Assembly: GCA_021740175.1 (NCBI GenBank)
Contig: JAIPAH010000003.1
Location: 1 to 58,142 of the forward strand
Length of the DNA: 58,142 bases
Direction: 5' to 3'
DNA from: Bacteroidales bacterium
GTDB taxonomy: Bacteria > Bacteroidota > Bacteroidia > Bacteroidales > JAIPAH01
Positions 18,451 to 29,055 of the stretch are shown one piece after another. The position numbers and the translations under genes are program-made. Within the stretch, counting starts at the first letter, position 1; every line of letters begins with the position of its first letter. Under the pieces are notes generated by a model. That model did not search any database. It was not told the origin of the DNA and saw only the letters and a list, made by a program, of their open reading frames with translations.

Positions 18451-19056
18451 TTACATTTTATAAACTCTTAGCTGTGAAGTGCCTAAATTAAAGCCGTGTA
18501 GTTGATCTAATTTTTCAGCCGGAAGCAACCCATCCATTCCTTTGTATTGATTGTATTTTTTGAAATAATGATAATGGTCTTTTCCGGCTATACGCTCCAC
18601 GGCGTGCACCATACCTTTGGCAAGGCTGTTAACTGCATTATCCGGCGCATAGTCTACAACCAGCAGATAGCCTGAGGGCCGTATAATTCGCGTCGCTTCC
18701 CGGACTATCTGTTGGGCTGTTTCTTTAGGTTTTTCGTGAAGGGCATAGCTAATGATGCCCATATCGTAGCTATTATCAGGAATATCCATTGCAGTGGCAT
18801 CTCCCTCCCTGCAATTTACAGGATTTTCTCCCTTTTGTGTTTGATTGAGCATAGAAACAGACAGGTCAATACCTTCGAGGTTTTCGAAGCCGTGACTTTT
18901 CAGATATTTCAATTGCTTTCCCGTACCACAGCATATATCAATTATGCTCTTTGGCTGTAGTTGAGAAGCTATATGGGTGGTTTTTACCCTTACCGAGTGC
19001 AGAAAAGGATAAAGCAGGATATCATAAACGCCGGCAAATTTTCGGTATTCGTCCAT
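18451..19056 (-). CDS. Class I SAM-dependent methyltransferase (UbiE-like)
   Basis: IDICCGTG, GIDLS, EGDAT, SYALHE, IRPSGYLLVVD. Confidence 0.88.
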   Translation of the reverse strand: MDEYRKFAGVYDILLYPFLHSVRVKTTHIASQLQPKSIIDICCGTGKQLKYLKSHGFENLEGIDLSVSMLNQTQKGENPVNCREGDATAMDIPDNSYDMGIISYALHEKPKETAQQIVREATRIIRPSGYLLVVDYAPDNAVNSLAKGMVHAVERIAGKDHYHYFKKYNQYKGMDGLLPAEKLDQLHGFNLGTSQLRVYKM

Positions 19057-19122
19057 AGATTTTGCTTCTTCTAAAAAATAATGTTTTCATGGCAAATCAT
19101 ATCTCACCCATGATTTGTTCAA

Positions 19123-19470
19123 TCAATTATACGGCTGGGCATAACCTTTTCTGAGCAGTTCTTCATTCAAGCTTTCCGTAGAATCGCTGAAGAAAATGGT
19201 TCCGATAAAGCGGCCATAAACGCCTGCTTCTTTTTCGGTATTGATGCTGCATTGGTTTTGGTTGGCTTCAAATCGTTTAATAACAAAATTTTTGGCCTCC
19301 ATACCATTTCTATATTCCTCAGAGTCCTTTTTCCGGCGCCAGATTTCCGGAGTGTCAATTCCTTTAAGGCGGATGCGTTGCTGTGTAGTCATTCTGAACC
19401 CAAGGTCAATGATGAGATCCAGGGTGTCACCGTCAACCACACGTTTTAATTTTCCTTTGTATTCATACAT
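19123..19470 (-). CDS. Thermonuclease (SNase-like) family protein without signal peptide
   Basis: RVVDGDT, RIRLKGIDTPE, YGRFIG, LNEELLRKGYA. Confidence 0.9.
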   Translation of the reverse strand: MYEYKGKLKRVVDGDTLDLIIDLGFRMTTQQRIRLKGIDTPEIWRRKKDSEEYRNGMEAKNFVIKRFEANQNQCSINTEKEAGVYGRFIGTIFFSDSTESLNEELLRKGYAQPYN

Positions 19471-19618
19471 TTTTGTTCATTTGGATAGTAAGTATCAAAA
19501 TTATGAAAAAAACAATTATCAAAGTTAAAAACCAACTCAATAACTATTTTAAAACGACCGATTTAATCTATTCAGAGTTGTTAGGAAAATTTTTTTAAAT
19601 TTCGGAAAAAGAAAACTT

Positions 19619-19993
19619 ATGGAACCTCAAGACAATTTTAAACCCGGCGGCATCATTTTCATGCGAACTCAGATGCCCGAGCGACTTAAAGATTTTTACA
19701 TGAAAAGAGTAGGTGCCGATATGTGGCTTGACCAGGGAGCGTGCCAGATTTATAAGTTTGGCAATATGCTTTTTGGTTTTTGTGATAGCGAGCCTGCCTC
19801 AATGGACGGTGTTCTCACTTTTTTTTATCCCAGCAAAAAAGAAGTGGATAACATGTATGCCAAATTTGAGGATAGGGCAACGACATCAGCCAAGAAGAAC
19901 GAAAAATTCAATATTTATCATTTTTATGCCGAAGATCCGGAAGGGAGGAGTATTGAATTCCAGCATTTCAATCATTCCTTAAAAGCTTTTTAG
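19619..19993 (+). CDS. VOC / glyoxalase superfamily protein
   Basis: DFY...G near the N-terminus and FYAEDPEGRSIEF at the C-terminus. Confidence 0.8.
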   Translation: MEPQDNFKPGGIIFMRTQMPERLKDFYMKRVGADMWLDQGACQIYKFGNMLFGFCDSEPASMDGVLTFFYPSKKEVDNMYAKFEDRATTSAKKNEKFNIYHFYAEDPEGRSIEFQHFNHSLKAF

Positions 19994-20002
19994 GGTAAAA
20001 AC

Positions 20003-20044
20003 AAAAAACCCTATCACTGCCAAGCGATAGGGTTTCGTTTTTTA
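20003..20044. terminator. Bidirectional terminator between convergent VOC and USP genes
   Basis: AAACCCTATC ... GATAGGGTTT flanked by A and T tracts. Confidence 0.7.
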
Positions 20045-20055
20045 ACAACACCGGT

Positions 20056-20898
20056 CTACATTCCCAGGATCTCGTAATTCAGTTTTCTGGGATTGATGCA
20101 CATAACGGGAATCTGTGATGCATTGAAGATAATATCTTCATCGTAACTCCCCAGCAGGAAACGCTTAAATGTGCTATCAGGATTAGTCATAATCATAATC
20201 ATATCAGCGCTATGGGCTGTGGAATAATCTATCACCTGCTTGGTAAAATTCTCATCTTTCCCGGCAATTTCCAGCGTATGCTGTACGCTGTTTTTTTCCA
20301 GGTAAGAGGCTATACGCTGAGCAGCGTCTTGTACTGCCTTGGAAGCTCCCCCAATTTGGTAAACATGAATTGTAGCGTCGAATTCTTTAGCCATAAAGAC
20401 AGCCCACTTAGTTTTTTCCCAGGGACCAGCCTCATTAGTAATCGGTAGAACAATTTCTTTAAAACCTTTTTCAAACGCGCGTTTCTGTACTACAATGACC
20501 GGGCTGGGCGAACTGGTGATGACTTTCAGGGCATAGCTTCCCGTTAGCTTTTGCATGCCCTCCTTACCATGTGTCCCAAGAAATACCAGGTTGGCACCTT
20601 CATTTTGGGCTACTTCACCGATGGTCGTGAAAATGTCGCCGGGCACGGATTTGGTTTCGACTTCCAGGGATTCCCTGGCCTTTATTTCATCTGCTTTTTC
20701 CTGAAGCTTGGTTTGTATGTGAGCTTCTCCTTTGTCTTCTTTTTTAAGATATTCTCTTGTGTTTTTATCTATGACGTGAAGAAGCATTATTTTGTAATTG
20801 AGAAATTTAGCCGCTTGCGCAGCATGGTGTATTGCATTGTCACAAACTTCGGAAAAGTCCGTTGGGACCAGCACTAAATTTTTCATATTTTCATTCAT
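20056..20898 (-). CDS. Tandem-domain universal stress protein
   Basis: LVPTDFSE, LLHV, FLGTHG...GSYALKV, PVIVV and a second USP-like domain. Confidence 0.9.
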   Translation of the reverse strand: MNENMKNLVLVPTDFSEVCDNAIHHAAQAAKFLNYKIMLLHVIDKNTREYLKKEDKGEAHIQTKLQEKADEIKARESLEVETKSVPGDIFTTIGEVAQNEGANLVFLGTHGKEGMQKLTGSYALKVITSSPSPVIVVQKRAFEKGFKEIVLPITNEAGPWEKTKWAVFMAKEFDATIHVYQIGGASKAVQDAAQRIASYLEKNSVQHTLEIAGKDENFTKQVIDYSTAHSADMIMIMTNPDSTFKRFLLGSYDEDIIFNASQIPVMCINPRKLNYEILGM

Positions 20899-20983
20899 AG
20901 GTTTTTAAAAAATTAAATTAGACTTTGAAGGCGGAAAGATACGAAAAAAATGCTAAATCAGGGCAAACAAAATATTAACAAGA

Positions 20984-22633
20984 TTATGTATTTTGTTTAT
21001 CCGCTGAAAGAAGTTTGTGTGCAAATCCCCATTTAACAAGAGATTCTTCGATTTTTTTGAAGGATATGGGCTTCGAGATAAAATCTACCATACCTGCATT
21101 GGTTGCCTTATCGATTGTAGATTGTAAAGTATTGGCCGAAATGGCAATGATTTTGTTCTTGTCTTTATTATCCATTTTTTCCATTCTTTTCATCACTTCT
21201 TTAGCCACCTGGAAACCGCTTTTTTTAGGAATTTGAATATCCAGCAGTATAATATCATAAGTTTTTTCCCTGATAGCAGCCATTGCTTTATGACCGTCTT
21301 TAGCCGTATCAGCTTGATAGCCTAGCTTTTTAAGCAGCATTAACAGTAAATCAAGATTTGAGGGTTCATCTTCCACCACCAAAATATCCAGGGGTAGTTT
21401 AGTAGCGAGTTTTGTATCCAGTTTATGAGGCTCTTTTCGGATTTTTTCCTCAGTGACGTTCTTTAAGATTTTCTCAAATAGATGGGTCTTGTTTTCTATT
21501 GATTGCAGATGATCGACGAACATATCCGAAGAAAGGATAAAGGATTTCTTGGTTTGCAATACCAACAACGGGAACTCCGATTTGCCGGGTAAGGATTTAA
21601 TCTTCCTGGCCAGGCTTTTTGCAGTTATGTCGGGAAGGTGATCACTTATGATACCAAAATTTAAATCGGTCTCCCGGATAGTTTTTTCGATGGCATCTTT
21701 CTCGGAGTCAGCCACAAAACATTTTATGCCCCATTGCTGGAGGGTTTGATTAAGCTCTTGCTGGTAGCTAATGTTTTCCGATACGATAAGAGCCTGCAGA
21801 CCTATAAATTCCGGAATGCTGCTCGAAAATTCAGAATCCTGAGAAGAAGGTACAATTTCAATAGGGACGGTGATATGAAAGTGAGTATGGTTTTCTCCTT
21901 TCTGAATAGTAAAAGTCCCGTTAATTATATTGATGAGTTTTTTAACAAAAAGCAGCTTGAAAAAGCTGTTGTTACTGTCTATGGCTTGCTCCCAGTTTTT
22001 GTTTTCGTCCGTGGTCAGGTATTGGATGTGTTGGTTTTCCAAGGTGGAAGGATTATGGGTGATAATAAATTTTATGGCGTCGTTAGACTGGTTAAGTACG
22101 TCTTCTTTAACCTGTATGGTGATTTTTTTCTGGTCTTCGGTATTTTCGGGATCACCCATGCTGAGAAAAAGGATCTGTTCCAGCCTTGATTTATTGCCTT
22201 TATAAAATTTGTTAATCCCTTCCTGGTAATGGGTGGAGACTTCCACATTCTTTTTGGAGATGGTGTTTTTATAAAAGTTTTCAATGGCATTCTGTATTAC
22301 CTGCTCCAGATCGAATTGCTCCGGTTCTTGATTTTCAGTACTTTCCAATTGGATAAAATCAAGAATTTCATTGTAAATATCCACAAGCGATAATCCGTTT
22401 GTCTGGATGCGGTCCACCAATTGTTGCTGCTCTGCATTTAAATTCATTTCCTTTAAGAAATTGGACAGGCCTATGATGCTATTCATCGGTGTCAGGATTT
22501 TGTGAGTCAGCAAAGCAAGAAAATCATGGAAAGATATATTTTTTCCCTGAATGTTTTCTTGTTGTTCTTTCAGTTCTCTAATCTCTTCTTCGAGCTTTGC
22601 TATTTTTTCGTCGTATTGCGTACTGTCAGTCAT
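20984..22633 (-). CDS. Degenerate hybrid histidine kinase-like protein (HisKA, dead HATPase, pseudo-REC, intact REC)
   Basis: THKILTPMNSIIG H-box. The N, G1 and G2 boxes are absent after SRLEQIL. C-terminal REC: ILVVEDE, IILLDIQIP, DFISKP. Confidence 0.75.
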   Translation of the reverse strand: MTDSTQYDEKIAKLEEEIRELKEQQENIQGKNISFHDFLALLTHKILTPMNSIIGLSNFLKEMNLNAEQQQLVDRIQTNGLSLVDIYNEILDFIQLESTENQEPEQFDLEQVIQNAIENFYKNTISKKNVEVSTHYQEGINKFYKGNKSRLEQILFLSMGDPENTEDQKKITIQVKEDVLNQSNDAIKFIITHNPSTLENQHIQYLTTDENKNWEQAIDSNNSFFKLLFVKKLINIINGTFTIQKGENHTHFHITVPIEIVPSSQDSEFSSSIPEFIGLQALIVSENISYQQELNQTLQQWGIKCFVADSEKDAIEKTIRETDLNFGIISDHLPDITAKSLARKIKSLPGKSEFPLLVLQTKKSFILSSDMFVDHLQSIENKTHLFEKILKNVTEEKIRKEPHKLDTKLATKLPLDILVVEDEPSNLDLLLMLLKKLGYQADTAKDGHKAMAAIREKTYDIILLDIQIPKKSGFQVAKEVMKRMEKMDNKDKNKIIAISANTLQSTIDKATNAGMVDFISKPISFKKIEESLVKWGFAHKLLSADKQNT

Positions 22634-22760
22634 TTGTTTTAAATCTTGGATTAAAGATTAATATTACATTCTATCAAATGAAACAGAGATCAAATCTAAT
22701 ATTCTCAATAGAAAACGTTTTTTTACCTTGTAAAATTGAGCAAGTGCTCTAAGATAAATA

Positions 22761-25574
22761 TTATACTTTATTTTTCAAAAAAGATGCTGTATAAGTATTT
22801 GCGCGATGCATTTTTTCGGGTTCACCTTCAAATACTAAATGACCACCTTTTTTGCCTCCTTCAGGCCCGAGATCTATTATCCAGTCGGCACTTTTAATGA
22901 TTTCGGGATTGTGTTCTATAACCAATACCGTATGGCCGTTAGCTATTAGTCCGCTAAAAGATTTCAATAATTTATGGATGTCATGAAAGTGCAACCCCGT
23001 GGTTGGTTCATCAAAAATGAATAGGCCGGGTTTTTCCAATGTTCCTTTTGAAAGGAAAGATGCCAGTTTAATCCGTTGAGCTTCCCCGCCGGAGAGCGTT
23101 GTGGCTGCCTGTCCCAGTTGCACATAGCCCATACCCACATCAGCCAGTGGCTGTAATTTTTGGAGAATTTTCGTTTCTGTAGCTGACGGATTCGAGGTGC
23201 TGCCAAAAAATTCGATAGCTCCATCGATAGTCAAATCCAGGATATCGGCAATGGTCTTATCGCGGTATTTTATATCCAGCACTTCATCTTTATAGCGTTT
23301 TCCTTTACATTCTTCACAAGTAAGATAGATGTCGGCCATGAATTGCATTTCAATTTTCACTTTTCCTTCCCCCTCGCATTCTTCGCAGCGCCCTCCGGGG
23401 ATGTTGAAAGAGAAAAATCCGGGTTTATAGCCTCTCATTTTAGCCACAGGTTGATCGGCAAAGAGATTCCTGATATCGTCAAAAGCCTTGACATAAGTAG
23501 CCGGATTGGAGCGCGAACTCTTCCCGATCGGATTCTGGTCAACCATTTCTATAAAACCTATTTTGTCGTATTCCCCTGTTAAACGGTCATAAACTCCGGT
23601 CTTTTCTCCGTAGCCTCCCAGCATTTTTTTAAGGGCCGGGTAAAGGATGTGTTTCACCAGGGAAGTTTTCCCCGAACCACTGACACCGGTAATTACGCTC
23701 ATGATGTTCAGGGGTAGGCGGACGTTAAGGTTTTTAAGATTGTTTTCCCTGGCTCCCTGGATTTCGATATAATCCTTCCAATGTCTACGGGTTTCCGGAA
23801 GGGGAATATTTTTTGTCCCGTTGAGGTAGGCCGCCGTCAAATTGTCTTTTTCTTCCGGGAGCTCTTGTTGTGAGCCCTGAAATACCAGCTGACCGCCGTT
23901 TCTACCGGCCATAGGGCCGATATCAATAATCTCATCCGCCGACCTGATAATTTCTTCATCATGTTCCACCACGATGACAGTATTACCGATGTCTCTAAGA
24001 CGTTTCAGGACGTTGATTAACCGGTGGTTATCCCTGGGATGGAGCCCAATGCTGGGCTCATCCAGGATGTACATGGAACCTACCAGGCTGCTGCCGAGCG
24101 AGGTCGCCAAATTGATGCGCTGGGTTTCACCTCCTGATAAGGAATTAGACATGCGATTGAGCGTAAGGTAACCTAGCCCCACCTCATTCAGAAAGTGCAG
24201 ACGGTTGGTGATTTCCGTCAGGAGCCTTTGAGCGATTTTATGATCATGAGAAGAAAGCGAGAGGTTTTTAAAAAAATCCAGCGTTTCATCCACCGGCAGT
24301 AAAAGTAAGTCAGTTATAGACTGACCGCCGACTTTCACAAACTGGCTGTCCTTCCTCAGGCGAGTGCCTTTGCAGGAGGGACAAGTGGTTTTTCCCCTGT
24401 AACGCGAAAGCATGACCCGGTATTGAATTTTATAGGACTTGGATTCCAAATATTTAAAGAAATCATTGAGCCCAAAGAAATATTTGTTGCCTTTCCAGAG
24501 GGTGTCTTTTTGCTGCTCTGTCAGTTCGTTGTAAGGTTTATGTATAGGAAAATCAAACTTGTGGGCATTCATAATCAGCATGTTTTTCCACTGACTCATC
24601 TTTTCGCCGCGCCAACAGGCAATGGCGTTTTCATAGACGGAAAGGGCTTTGTTTGGGATGACAAGGTCTTCATCGATGCCGATAATGCTGCCAAAGCCTT
24701 CGCACTTTTTACAGGCCCCATAAGGATTGTTAAAGCTAAAAAAGTTGACCGTGGGCTCTTCGAACTGTATGCCATCTTTTTCAAAACGGGCAGAGAATTC
24801 TTTGATGTTCGGTTCTCCGTTTTCATATGTGATAACCTGGCAATCATCCCCTCCTTCATAAAAGGCTGTTTGAATCGAATCGTTCATGCGGCTCTGGGTT
24901 TCTTTGTCTTTTTTTATTACCAGCCGGTCGATAACCACCTTAAGGTCTTTTGAATTAGCATTTACTTTTTCGCTGCCGGATTTATCGATACGAATGGTCT
25001 TACCGTTTTGCATCACCCGGCTGAACCCTTGTTGCTGTAGCACTTTGAGTTGCTCTGTAAGTACCCGGTCATGGTGTTTATGGAGCGGACAGGTAATCAT
25101 TGCCTTAGTCCCTTCTTTAAAAGAAGTCATATAAGCTACCACATCCTCAACCGTATCCCTTTTAACTAATTCATCTGAAACCGGGGAATAGGTTTTACCG
25201 ATACGAGCGTATAATAGTTTCAGGTAATCATATATTTCCGTACTGGTACCTACTGTTGAGCGAGGATTGCGTGTGTTTACTTTTTGCTCAATGGCAATAG
25301 CGGGGGCAATACCTTTAATGTAATCCACTTCGGGTTTTGACATACGCCCTAGGAATTGCCGGGCATAGGCGCTTAAGCTCTCGATATACCTGCGCTGTCC
25401 GTCGGCATATAAGGTGTCAAAGGCAAGCGATGATTTTCCTGAACCCGACACCCCGGTGATGACGATAAACTTGTTTCTCGGTATGGCAACGCTTAAACTC
25501 TTGAGATTATGGGTGCGCGCTCCTTTAATGATAATGTGATTTTTAGCGTCTGCTTTCTCAATGTCTCTATACAA
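22761..25574 (-). CDS. uvrA: Excinuclease ABC subunit A
   Basis: GARTHNLK, two GVSGSGK Walker A motifs, two LSGGE signatures, CxxC zinc fingers. Confidence 0.97.
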   Translation of the reverse strand: MYRDIEKADAKNHIIIKGARTHNLKSLSVAIPRNKFIVITGVSGSGKSSLAFDTLYADGQRRYIESLSAYARQFLGRMSKPEVDYIKGIAPAIAIEQKVNTRNPRSTVGTSTEIYDYLKLLYARIGKTYSPVSDELVKRDTVEDVVAYMTSFKEGTKAMITCPLHKHHDRVLTEQLKVLQQQGFSRVMQNGKTIRIDKSGSEKVNANSKDLKVVIDRLVIKKDKETQSRMNDSIQTAFYEGGDDCQVITYENGEPNIKEFSARFEKDGIQFEEPTVNFFSFNNPYGACKKCEGFGSIIGIDEDLVIPNKALSVYENAIACWRGEKMSQWKNMLIMNAHKFDFPIHKPYNELTEQQKDTLWKGNKYFFGLNDFFKYLESKSYKIQYRVMLSRYRGKTTCPSCKGTRLRKDSQFVKVGGQSITDLLLLPVDETLDFFKNLSLSSHDHKIAQRLLTEITNRLHFLNEVGLGYLTLNRMSNSLSGGETQRINLATSLGSSLVGSMYILDEPSIGLHPRDNHRLINVLKRLRDIGNTVIVVEHDEEIIRSADEIIDIGPMAGRNGGQLVFQGSQQELPEEKDNLTAAYLNGTKNIPLPETRRHWKDYIEIQGARENNLKNLNVRLPLNIMSVITGVSGSGKTSLVKHILYPALKKMLGGYGEKTGVYDRLTGEYDKIGFIEMVDQNPIGKSSRSNPATYVKAFDDIRNLFADQPVAKMRGYKPGFFSFNIPGGRCEECEGEGKVKIEMQFMADIYLTCEECKGKRYKDEVLDIKYRDKTIADILDLTIDGAIEFFGSTSNPSATETKILQKLQPLADVGMGYVQLGQAATTLSGGEAQRIKLASFLSKGTLEKPGLFIFDEPTTGLHFHDIHKLLKSFSGLIANGHTVLVIEHNPEIIKSADWIIDLGPEGGKKGGHLVFEGEPEKMHRANTYTASFLKNKV

Positions 25575-25615
25575 AATAATTTCCCCTTTATTAATGTCAA
25601 AAATTTTTAAGAATA

Positions 25616-25647
25616 TTTGCTTTAATTAAAATCCTACCTTATATTTG
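25616..25647 (+). promoter_or_regulatory. sigma-ABfr promoter for the ECF sigma gene
   Basis: TTTG (25616-25619), 20-nt spacer, TATATTTG (25640-25647). Confidence 0.65.
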
Positions 25648-25737
25648 CTGCAAATCATAATTTGCAAAAATAATTATTAATCAAAAACGGGAGGCCTATC
25701 GAGATACTTTTACGATTGAATTAAAATAAAAATCATT

Positions 25738-26325
25738 ATGAAAGGAAGTTCAATCAGTGATAAGGAGCTGATACGAAAGTATCTCGATGGCAATGAGAAT
25801 GCCCTTGAACAGCTCATCGAAAAGCATGAGAACCGTATTTTTGCTTATATCCTTATGGTTGTTAAGGATAAGGATCTGGCCGAAGATATTTTTCAGGATA
25901 CATTTATAAAAGTTGTGAATACACTACGTTCCGGGAACTATAAGGAGGAAGGAAAGTTCCTTCAATGGGTCATGCGTATTGCCCATAATTTGATCATTGA
26001 TCATTTCAGGAAGGAGAAGCGTATTCCGGTCATGGAAAACAGTTTCGAAGATTTTGATATTTTCGATACCCTGAGCCCGGAAGACCCTTCAATAGAAGAT
26101 AAAATGGTAAGTGAACAAATCAGAAGAGATGTTCGAAAACTCATTGAGTACTTGCCGCAAGAACAAAAGCAGGTTCTGAAAATGCGTCATTATGCTGATA
26201 TGTCTTTCAAAGAAATTGCCGAGCAAACAGATGTGAGTATTAATACTGCCCTGGGAAGAATGCGCTATGCCCTGATAAATTTGCGAAAGTTCATTTCGGA
26301 GAAGAATATGGTGATGACCAAATAA
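25738..26325 (+). CDS. ECF-type sigma-70 factor
   Basis: AEDIFQDTFIK, WVMRIAHNLIIDHFRK, SFKEIAE...SINTALGRMRYAL. Confidence 0.94.
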   Translation: MKGSSISDKELIRKYLDGNENALEQLIEKHENRIFAYILMVVKDKDLAEDIFQDTFIKVVNTLRSGNYKEEGKFLQWVMRIAHNLIIDHFRKEKRIPVMENSFEDFDIFDTLSPEDPSIEDKMVSEQIRRDVRKLIEYLPQEQKQVLKMRHYADMSFKEIAEQTDVSINTALGRMRYALINLRKFISEKNMVMTK

Positions 26326-26399
26326 TTTTTAAAGCAGTAGCGAAATAAATACTTCTTTGGCTGCGTTAATATTCTGATGTTTAATTAAAACGCAGCTAT

Positions 26400-26594
26400 A
26401 TGGAGAAAAAATTTACGCTTAACACAATCTTGTCAAAAGCATATCAAGAAGTGAGTGCTGCAAGTGAAGATGATGAATTTATCCGCAAGGCTAAGCCTCA
26501 TCGACATGTGGTTCAAACGATAATGAATTATTCCAAATCATTGTCCGTTTATCAAACACAAAGCGCAGGAAGAGTGCGGGTTAATAGCAATTAA
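26400..26594 (+). CDS. Small hypothetical protein downstream of the ECF sigma
   Basis: 64-aa ATG ORF after an AT-rich leader and followed by a terminator; contains P...IMNYSKSLSV. Confidence 0.6.
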   Translation: MEKKFTLNTILSKAYQEVSAASEDDEFIRKAKPHRHVVQTIMNYSKSLSVYQTQSAGRVRVNSN

Positions 26595-26652
26595 GTTGTT
26601 AGGGCTCTCGTTGAGTATCATCTTCAGGTTGACAAGAAGAAACGTTTTAGAA

Positions 26653-26686
26653 GGTCCGGGCACAATTTTTTACCGGGCCTTTTTTT
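26653..26686 (+). terminator. Intrinsic terminator
   Basis: GGTCCGG ... CCGGGCC stem followed by a T tract. Confidence 0.65.
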
Positions 26687-26714
26687 CTTATTTTTGCCCA
26701 AGATTACCTTTTCC

Positions 26715-27380
26715 ATGACAAAGAAAGAGCGATATCAACATTTTTTAGAGTATTTCTCGACCCATCATTCCCTGGCCGAGACAGAACTCCATTATTCCTC
26801 CCCTTACGAATTAATCGTAGCGGTAATTCTCTCAGCTCAATGTACGGATAAGCGGGTAAATATGATCACCCCTGATTTTTTTAAAAGATTTCCGAGTGAA
26901 AACGAATTGGCTGAAGCACAACATCATGAAGTGCTTAGCTATATAAAGTCCTGTTCTTTCCCTAATAATAAAACTAAACATTTGATAGGGATGGCACGGA
27001 TGCTGAAAGAAGAATACGGCGGGGTAATGCCTTCAGAGATTAAGGAACTGCAAAAACTCCCCGGAGTGGGGCGTAAAACCGCCAATATCATTGCTTCCGT
27101 AGTGTATAAAAAACCGGCACTTGCTGTGGATACCCATGTTTTTAGGGTCTCCAAAAGAATAGGGTTAACCACTAACCCCAAAAATCCGTTGGATGCCGAA
27201 CGCCAGTTGGTTGAATATATCCCCGAAAAAAAATTGCGTATTGCTCATCATTGGTTGATACTTCACGGCAGGTATATTTGTACCGCGAGAAATCCCAAAT
27301 GTAATGAGTGCCCGATAAGTTTTTTCTGTCGATATTATGAGGAAAATGTAAGGATCCCACTGGAGAATAATAATAAATAA
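26715..27380 (+). CDS. nth: Endonuclease III (start moved to ATG 26715)
   Basis: LSAQCTD, LPGVGRKTAN HhH motif, VDTHVFR, CxARxPxCxxCxxxxxC Fe-S motif. The track's TTG at 26694 lies inside the promoter TATTTTTG (26689-26696). Confidence 0.96.
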   Translation: MTKKERYQHFLEYFSTHHSLAETELHYSSPYELIVAVILSAQCTDKRVNMITPDFFKRFPSENELAEAQHHEVLSYIKSCSFPNNKTKHLIGMARMLKEEYGGVMPSEIKELQKLPGVGRKTANIIASVVYKKPALAVDTHVFRVSKRIGLTTNPKNPLDAERQLVEYIPEKKLRIAHHWLILHGRYICTARNPKCNECPISFFCRYYEENVRIPLENNNK

Positions 27381-27444
27381 AACCGGACTGAAAAAACGAT
27401 GCATTTACTTTAATTCGTATATTTGTTAGTGCAAAAAATGTTTT

Positions 27445-27909
27445 ATGACGCATTTGAAAGAAGGTGATAAAGCTCCTTATTTCAGGGCTAAAGACCAGGA
27501 AGGAACCCCCATAGATTTAAATGACTATAAGGGTTCTAAATTGATCTTGTTTTTTTACCCAAAGGCCAATACTCCGGGATGTACAGCTGAATCATGTAAT
27601 CTCAGAGATCATTACTCGCTTTTGCACGAGAAAGGCTTTAAGATATTGGGAGTAAGTGCGGATAGTGAGAAGAAACAACAGAATTTCAAATCCAAAAATG
27701 AGCTCCCTTATTCCCTTATTCCCGATACCGAAAAAGAAATCATACAAGCTTACGGAGTATGGGGCAAGAAGAAAATGTACGGCAAAGAATTCGAAGGAAT
27801 TCACCGTACCACTTTTATCATTGATGAGGCAGGAGCGATTGAAAAAGTGTTTAGCAAGGTGAAGACCAAAGAGCACAGTGAACAAATTCTTGAGCATTAC
27901 GAAAATTAA
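27445..27909 (+). CDS. bcp: Thioredoxin-dependent thiol peroxidase (BCP/PrxQ)
   Basis: [30 protein letters not shown]; promoter TATATTTG at 27418-27425. Confidence 0.95.
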   Translation: MTHLKEGDKAPYFRAKDQEGTPIDLNDYKGSKLILFFYPKANTPGCTAESCNLRDHYSLLHEKGFKILGVSADSEKKQQNFKSKNELPYSLIPDTEKEIIQAYGVWGKKKMYGKEFEGIHRTTFIIDEAGAIEKVFSKVKTKEHSEQILEHYEN

Positions 27910-27920
27910 AAACAATTCTT

Positions 27921-28961
27921 ATGGCGAAATCAAAAGATGAAGAAAATAACAATACAAATTCAAATCAAGACAAAGAAAAGGCTTTGCAACTCGTACTTGA
28001 TAAAATGAACAAAGAGTACGGTAAGGGAACGGTTATGAAACTCGGCGATTCCAAGGTGGAAGATGTCCCCGCCATTTCTACCGGTTCTATAGGACTGGAC
28101 CATGCTTTAGGGGTCCAGGGACTTCCCCGCGGACGTGTTGTAGAAATATTCGGCCCGGAATCTTCCGGGAAAACGACCCTGGCCATACAATCCCTTGCCT
28201 CCGCCCAGCAAGATGGGGGTATTGCTGCTTTTATAGATGCTGAACATGCCTTTGACCGATTCTATGCCAAAAAACTGGGTGTAGATATTGATAACCTGCT
28301 CATCTCCCAGCCGGACCATGGTGAACAGGCCCTTGAAATAGCTGACAACCTCATCCGCTCGGGAGCTATTGACATTCTCGTGATCGACTCGGTGGCAGCA
28401 CTTACCCCTAAGAGTGAGCTCGAAGGGGATATGGGTGAGTCAAAAATGGGATTGCAGGCACGTCTCATGTCGCAAGCCCTGCGTAAATTGACGGCAACCA
28501 TTAGTAAGACAGGCTCCACTTGCGTGTTTATTAATCAACTGCGGGAAAAAATCGGGGTTATGTTTGGGAATCCCGAAACCACGACCGGTGGTAATGCCCT
28601 GAAATTTTACTCTTCCGTTCGTATTGATATCCGTAAAATTGGCCAGATAAAAGATACTAGCCAGGTTATGGGGAATCGTGTAAGAGTTAAGGTGGTTAAG
28701 AATAAAACCGCCCCTCCATTCAGGCAAGCGGAGTTTGATGTGCTCTATGGTGAAGGCATATCCAAAATGGGTGAGATAATTGACCTTGGGGTGGAATACA
28801 ATATTGTGAAGAAAAGCGGTTCCTGGTATAGCTATGGTGATACCAAGCTGGGACAGGGACGCGATGCGGTTAAAAAGCTGCTCGCGGACAACCCGGAACT
28901 GGCAGAAGAACTCGAGGGCAAGATAAGAGAGAAATTAACTTCAGAATCGGAAGCGGAATAA
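27921..28961 (+). CDS. recA: Recombinase A
   Basis: [51 protein letters not shown]. Confidence 0.99.
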   Translation: MAKSKDEENNNTNSNQDKEKALQLVLDKMNKEYGKGTVMKLGDSKVEDVPAISTGSIGLDHALGVQGLPRGRVVEIFGPESSGKTTLAIQSLASAQQDGGIAAFIDAEHAFDRFYAKKLGVDIDNLLISQPDHGEQALEIADNLIRSGAIDILVIDSVAALTPKSELEGDMGESKMGLQARLMSQALRKLTATISKTGSTCVFINQLREKIGVMFGNPETTTGGNALKFYSSVRIDIRKIGQIKDTSQVMGNRVRVKVVKNKTAPPFRQAEFDVLYGEGISKMGEIIDLGVEYNIVKKSGSWYSYGDTKLGQGRDAVKKLLADNPELAEELEGKIREKLTSESEAE

Positions 28962-29055
28962 GACCCGATAGAACACTGAAATGCGGATAGGTCCATGATG
29001 CTTTATTCCCGGGAGTGATCATCATGGTTTTATCCCTTTTTAATTTTTATAGTCT

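Noticed and set aside
19123-19470. Prophage, suggested by the phage-like thermonuclease
   Set aside because: No integrase, structural or replication phage genes nearby.
26694-26714. TTG start extensions given by the ORF track (also 30265, 44128, 57956)
   Set aside because: Each TTG is the end of a TAnnTTTG promoter element; in-frame ATGs follow 18-27 nt downstream.
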